Assembly (NCBI GenBank): GCA_000004985.1
Contig: GG738852.1
Strand: one strand, 5' to 3'
DNA length: 64,000 bases
DNA from: Naegleria gruberi
Taxonomy: Eukaryota
Part shown: positions 35,050-45,019 of the stretch, in pieces
Layout: every line of letters starts with the position of its first letter
How positions within the stretch are numbered: position 1 is the first letter of the stretch
Notes under the pieces: generated by a model
Told to the model about the DNA's origin: nothing
The model's database searches: none
Seen by the model: the letters and a program-made list of their open reading frames with translations, nothing else
Position numbers and translations under genes: made by a program

Positions 35050-36465
35050 TTACACAGTTACTTCAACTAAATCATATTCAGAACCACTCCAACTTCTGCC
35101 ACATAATCCACTAATAAAGTCCCAACAAGAGGATAGATATTCTCTTCTTGTCTTGGATTGAGCATCTTTCTGTTTGCCTTCTCTCCATTTGGCTGTAATG
35201 ACAACAGCAACACCGATGAGAATTAAGGCAGCTCCTGGAACAACTAATGGAGTGACACGTTCTCCCAAGATGAAAAAGGCCATCAAACTTGTAACAATTG
35301 GATTCAGAGTTGAGTAAACTCCAATAATGGTTGGAGTTGTTAAACTTGAAGCTTTAGAGTTCAAAACAAAGAAGAGAGTTCCATGAACCAATCCACCATA
35401 TAAAATTCCCGCATATGCCATCACGTCCATTCTCAACACAATTTGAATTGGTGAATAACCATAATCAGCAGTCAAGAAGTAAACTGAAGGAAGCAGAGGA
35501 ACTAAACTACCAATTGTCCAAGTCCATAAAGCAAGTGTCAATACAGGAATCTTTTCCTTTTCAAATGTCTTTTTGAAATTAATCAAGTACAAGGCATAGA
35601 AAAACATATTCACACATAAAAAGAGCATACCAATAGTGAACGAAAAGGTGTTAATGAAATTGTCGATGGCACTTGCTGTACTGCTATCTGCATCATCAAT
35701 TACATCCTTCTTTTTAGGATTGAACAATGTGGAAACTACCAACATGGCCACAGCCCCTCCGACAGCTAAGAAAACTCCAAAAAATTTCAATATTGATCTA
35801 CCCTCTCTCTTCAAAATAACAGACATGATACAAGTAATGATAGCCACCAATGGCTGCATAATACCTGCAATAGTTGAATTTGTCCATCTCAATCCCATAA
35901 AGAAGAGAATTTGATTCAGATTAATAAACAATCCCAATACGAAAATCTGCTTTGCTTGTCTCCAATTTGGAGTCTTTCTTAAAATATATCTGTAAATACG
36001 TTTCAAAATTCCAATACCTCCAAATTTTGACAATTTCCTCTCCAGAACTTTCTCTGAACGAAACGAAAATGCTGAATCCTTAATAACTGTCACTGGAAAC
36101 AAACCAATGACAATTAACAAAGATCTAAATAATGCAAATGTAGTCGGATGCATAATTGCTATAGAATGTGGAATCAACACAACATATCCACCAAATGTAA
36201 TCAATGTAGTAAATAACAGAATATGAGCCAATAATTGAGATTGACCAAACCAATTAAACACCTTCTTAGTTTTGCTCCAACAATTAGTATTCACATGTTC
36301 TTCTTCCATTGATGAATAGGTTGGATCATCATCAATTGTATGTTTTCCATGATGATCAAAATCATCAGCCACATTATTATAATATACAGAGTTTGTTTTT
36401 TCAAAATTTGAATGTATCAGTGATGCACTCTCGGTATTCAAAGATCCCTTCTCTACCACCACCAT
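35050..36465 (-). CDS. EamA/DMT-superfamily membrane transporter (about 10 TM, SLC35-like)
   Basis: 471 aa with ATG at 36465. The hydrophilic N-terminus is followed by about 10 hydrophobic helices arranged as two EamA-like halves (GLFPVTVIKD...; IGSLVPLLPSVYF...). Confidence 0.65.
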   Translation of the reverse strand: MVVVEKGSLNTESASLIHSNFEKTNSVYYNNVADDFDHHGKHTIDDDPTYSSMEEEHVNTNCWSKTKKVFNWFGQSQLLAHILLFTTLITFGGYVVLIPHSIAIMHPTTFALFRSLLIVIGLFPVTVIKDSAFSFRSEKVLERKLSKFGGIGILKRIYRYILRKTPNWRQAKQIFVLGLFINLNQILFFMGLRWTNSTIAGIMQPLVAIITCIMSVILKREGRSILKFFGVFLAVGGAVAMLVVSTLFNPKKKDVIDDADSSTASAIDNFINTFSFTIGMLFLCVNMFFYALYLINFKKTFEKEKIPVLTLALWTWTIGSLVPLLPSVYFLTADYGYSPIQIVLRMDVMAYAGILYGGLVHGTLFFVLNSKASSLTTPTIIGVYSTLNPIVTSLMAFFILGERVTPLVVPGAALILIGVAVVITAKWREGKQKDAQSKTRREYLSSCWDFISGLCGRSWSGSEYDLVEVTV

Positions 36466-36897
36466 CTTTTTCTATACACAATATCCTCCTATTGGTTTAG
36501 CTTGTTTTTGATATCAACTATCGCAGCAATGATGTTTGATCAAAACTCTAAGTTGTTTTTGCGCGGGGCTTTTTTTTTCTTTATGAAAATTGAAATCATC
36601 ACAACAGGATTGTGTGTGGCAATTCAGAGAGATAGCAAATGTTGTGAATGCTTGATTGGAATTTATTGGAATTTCTCGGAGTTACATTTGCAAAAAATTT
36701 CCACAGCATCCCCGCAATTACTGTAAAGGAAAGCGATTAATGCATCCACTTGGGCAAACTCCTGGCCAGGAGGAAGGACATTGTTTCTTCTTACTAAATA
36801 TTGTTTAATATTACAGAATGAGTTCCATAATGTACTGCTGTAATGGTTATTAATACAAGTTAGAAATCGTTTCAGAACTTTTGTGAGGAGCTTTGTG

Positions 36898-39273
36898 TTA
36901 GATTGTTTTGTTTTCTGTTTCTTCTTGTGGTTCAGTGGTGAGAGCTTGTTTGGAGTGCACTTCATAAACAATGAGCCAATTTCTGTATTGTTGAGTGGTT
37001 TGTAAACGACCATACGTATCCCACATATTATAGAGCATGTCACTGGTCAATTGGTGCCAAAGTGCTTCAACTTGTTTGTCAATTTCTGAGCCAGATACTG
37101 AGAATTTTTCTGCCTTCTTTTCTCTGATTTGGTCTAATAATTCATAGAAACGTGCCTTACTTTTGTGATGAATATTGACTTCATTGGGTGAATACATTCG
37201 AATAAAGTTGGATTCAATATGTTCCAATTGTTCCATTGTTGCAAATCCTGCCTTTTTAATTTCCAAAAGTTTGTCAAACAGATTACAGTTTTCCAATGAA
37301 GTTTCATAATAACTGTACTCTTTGAATAGTGTAGAGAAAGAAGGATTATTTGTGAGGAGGTGTTCGAATAAATTTTGTTCTCTTTCAACACTGGAACGAT
37401 TTGTTCTTTTGAATCGTCTTGCCTTAATTTTGTTGACTATTTCAATTGTCATGGCAATGCCTCCACTCACAGCTAACAACCAAACAGCAATTATAAATCT
37501 GACAATGTTACTTCCTAGTTGTGTTTGATTGGCTGGTGTCAATATAACCAATATAATGGCTAATATCACTTGAACAAACAGGGCCATCATATCCAATCGA
37601 ATGTGAGCTGGATCAGCAAAGAAAAAGTATTTTTGAAGTCCCTGTTCCTTGATCTCTTTCCAATTTAGAATTGCATCTATTGCACTATACAGTAAGGCAA
37701 GTACAATGGCTAATGCTGCCAACACTACAAAGTAAATATTGTTGAAAACCACCAAGTTATTAAAATCAACTGCAGCTGCAATGATGGAAGGTGCAACAAA
37801 GATAAATTGTAAAAATAGAGGAAGAATTAAAACAATTCCCCATCCAACCTTTTCAGAAGCTAACCATCTTGCAAATCTTGGATTCTTTGAGTTTTTGATA
37901 ATTCTATATAAATTCTTAATATATAAGAATCTCACAACCATCAATAGATATGCAGATCCAGCATAACCTGTAAATAGTAAAGTGAGTGGTAGCAGTACAG
38001 AACGACAATAATTTCTGACCATTGTTGAAAAGAGAAGTTCTACAAAGACCACCACAATTGGAGAAATGTAGATGGTTGCCAATCTGGTTCTCACTGATGG
38101 AGTTTTGTAAAGTGAAAATCCAAACAGAATTACAAAATAGAAAAATACTGGGACAATGATAATAAAGAGAAGGTAATCACCAATATCAATATTCTCAGCA
38201 GCGCAGGTTGTGGTGGTGCAACAGTGACATGTGGAATTGTAGAGCAAGTTTGATACTTGTGTTTGATTGAATTGATCTAGGGAATTGTTTAAAGTAAGGT
38301 AACTCTCAATGAAAGACCAATCCCTCTGTAATTTGATGGATTGTACACTTTCCAATAAATCAATCTCAGTATGTGTGAAATTCACAACACCATGCAAAGT
38401 GTCCAACACATAAGTGTCATGATATCTACTCAATGAGCAATCTGTTACATTTGTGAAATTTCTCATATTGATTTGACTCGAAAATAAAGAACCACTTCCA
38501 TCAATCGAATTGACCAAAACCTGTGATGGAAATAATGGAATGGGTACAAAATCAGTTGGATTGTAATAAGTACCATCACTCGATGGTGTCGTTCCCATTC
38601 CATAAAATAGACCCTTCCTCGTCACAAATTGATTCACTCTCACGTAGAATGCAAAATCAAAACTATTCAACAATAAGGCATCTCCCAATTCCAAACTAGA
38701 TCCATAAATACAATCAGGATAGAATGAAGAACGTGATTCCACAACAAAATTCTGATCAATCCATGTCTTGTTGTAATTTGTTGTCAGTGAGCTCCATATT
38801 TTCTGACATGGATACAGTTGTGGACAAAGAATTTTAAATTTCCTTGTCTTTCCAAATGGCTGTCCATTGGTTGAATAAAACTTTGTAAAATCTTGAGAAT
38901 TATTCGACACTCTCCCTATCAAATCATCCAAACTAAATGGATTTGTATTTTCTATTATCCCATTCGGATAAACAAATTTCCTCCATACAAATATAGAATA
39001 ATAATTGAAGGCACCAACAATTATCGAATTATTCTTCAAGTCTTGCATGTTGACCATGCTAACCTTATCTTGTATTTGCTGTTGTTGATATCCTAGAACA
39101 TAATTGGGTAGAGCGGAAAAGGTCAGTATTAGCAGTAAAATGTAAAATAGTTTGGTTTCTAATAAACTAATAGGAATGTTAGAATAAATACTCCCATAAG
39201 GTAAGAACCCAGTTCTTGTTGTGTGACCTATTATAACAGTCTGCACGTGTTGTGTGGTGTAACTTTGTGCCAT
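36898..39273 (-). CDS. Seven-transmembrane receptor with about 370-aa N-terminal ectodomain and C-terminal RGS domain (7TM-RGS)
   Basis: Probable ATG at 39273 (MAQSYTT...) with a signal anchor LFYILLLILTFSALP. Seven hydrophobic helices run from YLLFIIIVPVFFYFVILFGF to IVRFIIAVWLLAVSGGIAMTIEIV. An RGS-like block follows: EREQNLFEHLLTNNPSFSTLFKEYSYYETSLENCNLFDKLLEIKK...FIRMYSPNEVNI...ARFYELL. Confidence 0.7.
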   Translation of the reverse strand: MAQSYTTQHVQTVIIGHTTRTGFLPYGSIYSNIPISLLETKLFYILLLILTFSALPNYVLGYQQQQIQDKVSMVNMQDLKNNSIIVGAFNYYSIFVWRKFVYPNGIIENTNPFSLDDLIGRVSNNSQDFTKFYSTNGQPFGKTRKFKILCPQLYPCQKIWSSLTTNYNKTWIDQNFVVESRSSFYPDCIYGSSLELGDALLLNSFDFAFYVRVNQFVTRKGLFYGMGTTPSSDGTYYNPTDFVPIPLFPSQVLVNSIDGSGSLFSSQINMRNFTNVTDCSLSRYHDTYVLDTLHGVVNFTHTEIDLLESVQSIKLQRDWSFIESYLTLNNSLDQFNQTQVSNLLYNSTCHCCTTTTCAAENIDIGDYLLFIIIVPVFFYFVILFGFSLYKTPSVRTRLATIYISPIVVVFVELLFSTMVRNYCRSVLLPLTLLFTGYAGSAYLLMVVRFLYIKNLYRIIKNSKNPRFARWLASEKVGWGIVLILPLFLQFIFVAPSIIAAAVDFNNLVVFNNIYFVVLAALAIVLALLYSAIDAILNWKEIKEQGLQKYFFFADPAHIRLDMMALFVQVILAIILVILTPANQTQLGSNIVRFIIAVWLLAVSGGIAMTIEIVNKIKARRFKRTNRSSVEREQNLFEHLLTNNPSFSTLFKEYSYYETSLENCNLFDKLLEIKKAGFATMEQLEHIESNFIRMYSPNEVNIHHKSKARFYELLDQIREKKAEKFSVSGSEIDKQVEALWHQLTSDMLYNMWDTYGRLQTTQQYRNWLIVYEVHSKQALTTEPQEETENKTI

Positions 39274-39473
39274 TTTTTTATGTCTGAATAAATATAATAC
39301 GAAAAGTGACAATATTTAGATGTTAATGGTAGAGTGACGGCCAAAGATATATCAAAGTCTCCTTTAGGTAATTTTAATATCTCACCTGAATAAGGCAATA
39401 ATATGGTAAAGAACTTGGTTTGCAATTATCCTTTGAATCGATTATAATGAAATTTGTTCATCAGTATTTGAAA

Positions 39474-39992
39474 TTATTGTTTCCACAAGCCAATTCCTCT
39501 ATTTCTTGCACTTGTTTCATATTGCTTGTATTCACTTTGATATTTAACATTGGGATGATAGAAAACAGCTCTAGCATAACCTCCTTCCAATAGCATTTTC
39601 TGAAAATTATTTCCTCCAACCCAAACATGTGCCAATAATCTTCCATAACCATCTCTCAATTCATTTTCAAACTCTAGAATGATACTTGCATTTTCTAGTA
39701 CCTGCTTTGTGTAATCTGAAGCAGCCTGTCCATAGTATTCCTTCTTCTTTTTAGGATGAACTGTTTCGGGTGTATCCACTCCAATCAATCGAATTCTTTC
39801 CTTCTCTCCATCACGCATTTTACAAATAATTGTATCACCATCGACAACTCGCAATACACGAATATTCTTCATTTGGGAATTTCTGGTCGGTTCCTGAACG
39901 AGTGGTAAATTTAAATTTGAATTTTGAAAGGAATTCTTCCAAATAATCGTTCCGATCAAGAGGATTGCAAAAATCAGCACTTTGAGTTCCAT
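39474..39992 (-). CDS. Staphylococcal nuclease (SNase/thermonuclease) homologue with N-terminal signal/TM anchor (LCL3-like)
   Basis: 172 aa with aaaaaaaATG at 39992 and an N-terminal hydrophobic segment LKVLIFAILLIGTIIW. SNase blocks are VLRVVDGDTI, RIRLIGVDTPE, EYYGQAASDYTKQ and GRLLAHVWV. Confidence 0.8.
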   Translation of the reverse strand: MELKVLIFAILLIGTIIWKNSFQNSNLNLPLVQEPTRNSQMKNIRVLRVVDGDTIICKMRDGEKERIRLIGVDTPETVHPKKKKEYYGQAASDYTKQVLENASIILEFENELRDGYGRLLAHVWVGGNNFQKMLLEGGYARAVFYHPNVKYQSEYKQYETSARNRGIGLWKQ

Positions 39993-40040
39993 TTTTTTTA
40001 ATGCATTTTCTGTTGTTCATGAACTAGCAAATCGAACAGT

Positions 40041-43000
40041 TTATTTTGTTTCAAAATAGGAATGTTCCATAATTTCTTTAGCTTGTGGTCTTTTGGATGG
40101 GTTTTTCTCCAACATTAAAATGATGATTTCCTGTAGTGTGTCTGAATACTTGCCACATTCAGAGAGCTTGTTTTTAAGCCATTGCTTTACATCATTGGTA
40201 GACTCTGATTGCATGTATAAATTACTAATGGATGTAACTAGGTCACCTGTGCATAATTGATAAATTGCAACTCCTAGAGAATACACATCAGTGTTAAAGC
40301 TATACTTTGCTCCAAGACCTAATTCTGGAGACATGTAAAGAGGAGTTCCAGCATAAGAATTATTGACAGAACCAAACATTTGTTTCGCAAGACCAAAATC
40401 TGCCAATACTATCGATACAGAATTATCTGATAATTCATTAATAAAGATATTGTTAGGTTTTACATCTCTGTGAATCATTTTAAGGTTGGTGTGAACAAAG
40501 CTCAAGGCATCACAGCCTTGATAAAGTATTTGTTTCACAATATCCTCACTAATAGTACCTGCTGCTTTAGGAATGAGTTTTGTCAAGTCTCCATTTTCAT
40601 AATAGTCCATGTCAATAAGTAATATTTGATCCTTGTCAATAAATAAATCATTCACTTTTAAAATGTTTGGGTGATTGATATTCATCAATTGAGTTCCTTC
40701 TTTCATAATCGAGTTCAATTCCTCAATATCAGAATATTTGACAACTTTTAGCGCCTTCAGTTTATCGCCCATCTTGGTATCGTTGCATTTAAAAACTGAC
40801 CCAAATCCGCCTTGTCCAATCTTCTCCAAATTCTTATATCTTGAGGCAGGATCGAAATTAGATGCAGATGATATTATAGAAGTGACAGTAAGTCCATTAG
40901 AGTTTGTTGAACCTCCAATTATGGATTTGAAACGAACACTTTCGTCCGATGGAAAGTCTGAACTATATGATGATGGCGCAATGCTAGAATTCATTTTGTT
41001 ATACTGTGAATCATTGAGTTCAATCATGCTCTCTCCCTGATTAGGGAAATCATTGACAGTGTTTGGGACTGGTTTCTGCTTTTTCATTCCTCTAAAAACT
41101 ATAATGAAAACAATTATGACCACAATAATCAATATAACAATAACTAAAAGAGAAAGTCCGACTGCTAAACCAATTATTAAACCTAGTTGATTATTGCCTA
41201 CTATTGTTGAAGAACCAACTCTTGTTGCAATGTTAACATTGCAACTAGAACCTGTCCATCCAGCATTACAGTTGCAATAGTTATAATCAGTGCATTTTCC
41301 ATTTGAGGAACAAGAGTTGGTGTTATTGGAATAAATTCCATAACACATGGTTACTTCACAATATTTTCCATAGAAATTACTACCACAACTACAAGTATCA
41401 TGAGATGAACAACTTCCTCTCGAAGAACAAACAGAAGAATCAGTGCTTTGAGTACCATTACAAAGAGATACCTTACATTCAGTTCCTTGATAGAATGGTT
41501 CACACTGACAAGTGTCTGCTGCTACACAGGTACCATGGCCCCCACAAACAGAAGCATCAGTGGATAACTTTCCAAAACATTTTCTGGTATCACAATTGAC
41601 TCCATAAAATCCATTATTGCATGAACACGAATTGTAATCGATACATGTACCATTGGAGGAACAAACTGAAGTGTCATTCGAAAACTTTCCATAACACATG
41701 GTTACTTCACAATATTTTCCATAGAAATTACTACCACAAATACAAGTATCATGTGCGTTGCATACTCCCCTTAAAGATGAGCATACCAATGTAGAATTAC
41801 TTAATGTACCGTTACAAGTTGTAATTTTACAGTCAGCTCCAAGGTAAAGGCTGTCACATCTGCAAGTGTCACTAGAAATACATGCTCCATGGCCGCTACA
41901 AACATTACTTGTATCGTTTGATAATTTACCAAAACAACTCAATAAATTACACTGAGATCCATAGAATCCTGAGTTGCACTGACAAGTGTCTGGTGCAATG
42001 CATGTACCATTTCTTGAACAAGCATTTGGCTGCTCTGAGCTAAAACCAAAACATGTTGGGATGCATGCATTATAATATTGGTTCAAAATGTAGGGAGAGT
42101 CACAATATGGGGTCAATTGTCTTACAGTATTTTTCTGATTATCAACAAAAACAATTTCAGAAGTAGAGGTAATGAATGCTCCACTAGGGCTTAGAGTGGC
42201 TTTAGTGGCATCGGGACCATCATCATTGAATCCAACCAGGTTTGATCCACCATTTCCTGCCATTGTAGATATAATTCCATTTGCTGCTAATCGCATTCTG
42301 TTTTGTCCTCTGTCAGAAATGACAATAAAATTCGAAATACTTGATCCAAATACAGAAATAGGTGAGAGACCTGCATATAAAATATTACCATTATCATTCA
42401 GACTTGCACCCAACCCAGAGTAAACATTCAGAATATTGGTGCTTGAATCCACATACATGACGCTCAATTTCGAGTTATAGTATGCCAAAAAGTAAAATCC
42501 AGTCGGTGAAACATATATTCCTCCATCTACACTAATTGTGACAGAATTAGCTTGCGATGATCCAGGAATAAATGTTGATTCTGAACTGATAGTTCCAGCA
42601 ACATTTGTTATTATTCCATTGGAATTGATCTTCCTTATCAGAAAATTATCCACAATGAAAACCTCATTAGCAGAAGTGACAAAAATACCAGTTGGGAAGC
42701 TGAATACATTTGGGTGAGCAAAAAGAGTTTTGAAACTTACTAAAGTCTTGCACTGAGAGCATTGACACCATCATCACCTAAATATCCACTGGAAGGTGGC
42801 TGTGATCCAGTACCTGCAATAGTAACAATGGTACCATTAGTGAATATTTTTCTAATTCTTCTATTAACACTGTCTGATATGTATACTTCATTCTTGAATT
42901 CAAATACAGAACTAGGATAGTTCAGTTGAGCTGTGGAAGCATCCATATAATCGCTATTGTATCCAGCAACTCCGGTACCAGCTATCGTAATTATAGTTCC

Positions 43001-44594
43001 ATTAGCAAACACCTAACAATCATTTAAATCAAATATGAGAATTAGAATCAATACAAACCTTGCGAATTCTGTGATTACCAGTATCGGCAATCAAGTATTG
43101 TCCATTGCTAGTTTTAACAACATTGGCAAGTTGGTTGGTCATAAATTTGAATGTTGCCTTAGTTGCTTGAGAACCATCTTGTTGTAATGTTAAATATTAA
43201 TATTAAATAATGGAATTAATCATACATACCTCCACTAAATGTAGAACCTCCTATTCCAGCAACTGTTGTAATAATTCCAGTACTAGTAGAAATCCTTCTC
43301 AATCTCATATTATCTGAAATGAATACTTCACCAGGAGAAGTTGAAAAAACTCTAATTGGGCTAACATTTACCAAATTTGCTTGAACATTATCCTTATAAT
43401 TAGTATAAGAGGATGTTCCTGTTCCAGCAATAGTAACAATGGTACCATTAGTTAATACCTTTCTCAATCTATTACTGCCCAACTCTGCAATCCATATCTC
43501 ACCGTTACTGTCAACAGAAACACCATAAGGATAACTTGTCAAGTTAGTTAAAAAAACATACATCTAAAAAAACCTACTCAAGTTTAGCTGCAGTAGCCAG
43601 CATTCCATCACCATTATATCCCTCCTCACCAGTACCTGCGACAGTAATAATTGTTCCATTCGTTAAAACCTTTCGAATTCTGAAATTTCCTGCATCAGCT
43701 ATATAAATTTCATTGTTGCTCGTGACAAAGATTCCCTGAGGGTTAGTGAGACGAGCATAGGTGGCAGGTATTCCATCCCCATTGTACCCAAAACCCAAAC
43801 CAGTTCCACTTGTTCCAATTTGTGTGCCATTTCCAGCTACTGTTGTAATAACTCCCGTTGAAACATTAACCATCCTAATGTAATGATTCTGATATTCTGA
43901 AATATAAACGTTTCCATTTGAAGAAACAAATACGTCAACAGGAGAGTTGAGATAGGCATTTGTAGCAAGCATTCCATCTCCATTATATCCAGCATTTCCG
44001 TTTCCTTATGAAGGATTAGTCCTATATCTTTACAACAACAACCACTTACCTGCTATTGTCACAATATTGCCATTAGTTTGAATCTTTCTAACTCTAGAAT
44101 TTTGACTATCAGCAATATAAATTTCAGAATTAAAAACAAATACACCAGTGGGTGTATTGAGCTGAGCTGTAGTTGCTTGAATATTATCGCCATTGTACCC
44201 AGAAACTCCAGTACCTAAATTTTCCAGCACATCATCATACCAAGATGTGAAACACATTTGTTTCCATAACAATATGTGTGCATGTGTAAAATAAATTTTG
44301 TCATGAGAAAAACATACCAGCAATGGTGAGAACGGTTCCATTAGCTGCAAATACTCTCACTATTCTATGATTGCTATTATCAGAAATAAATAAATCACCC
44401 GAACTGAGATCTTTAAAACAACTATTGACATCAATATTGGCCATTTTGGCATCTATTCCACTGGATAATGAATTGTAGCCAGCAATGGTCGTGATGTTAT
44501 ACTTGACAGAGATTGCGCCAATAACTAAACCGCTGCCATGGTAGGTCAAAATGAGTAGGCACAGAATCCAAACAACCTTTGCATCTGCCAACAT
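40041..44594 (-). CDS. Receptor Ser/Thr kinase: signal peptide, 6-bladed NHL-repeat beta-propeller, tenascin-type EGF-like array, TM, kinase domain (about 1407 aa, 7 exons)
   Basis: Exons on the minus strand are 44594-44318, 44214-44050, 44004-43578, 43534-43230, 43177-43059, 43012-42741 and 42699-40041. Introns are 103, 45, 43, 52, 46 and 41 nt, with donors GTATGT, GTAAGT, GTAGGT, GTATGT, GTTTGT and GTAAGT, and all phases are consistent. NHL blades contain the repeated IYIADxxNxRIRKxxxNGTIxTIAGTG. Several CxCxxGxxGxxC EGF modules follow. The TM segment is LIIGLAVGLSLLVIVILIIVVIIVFIIVF. The kinase shows GQGGFGSVFK, VVK, HRDVKPNNIF, DFGLAK and GTPLYMSPE. Confidence 0.8.
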
Positions 44595-45019
44595 TTTTTT
44601 CTTGTTTGATTTGACATGGTCCAAAAGTGGCTAATATGTGAATGGTGCTGAACAGCAAAGATGAACTAGAATTTGATTTGTGATGCCAATGGAACTATCA
44701 GATCAAGTAAAGGTACTTCCTCATATCTTCCTGTAATCCAAAGCCAAAAACATAAAATTATGGATCACAGCCATCATCAAATTGACAATCACTAGAATTT
44801 ATCTTTTTGCACAGTTCATTGTCTGGTAAATTAAATCCAATTTGAAGTTATTAATGTTGAAGAGAATTCTTCCAAGCCAAACATTCCGATTCATCATTGA
44901 AGGGTAAAATAAAAAAGAAGCTTCATTCCATTTTTTTAAATAATTTTCCCGCCCAAAATAAATTTAATCCATCAAAATCTAAATATTGTAACAACTCATA
45001 TTTAATAATATTAAAAAAA

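Noticed and set aside
36663-37043. 126-aa minus-strand ORF overlapping the 3' end of the 7TM-RGS gene
   Set aside because: It overlaps the stop region of the 7TM-RGS gene in a different frame and has no independent support. It likely lies within the 3' UTR.
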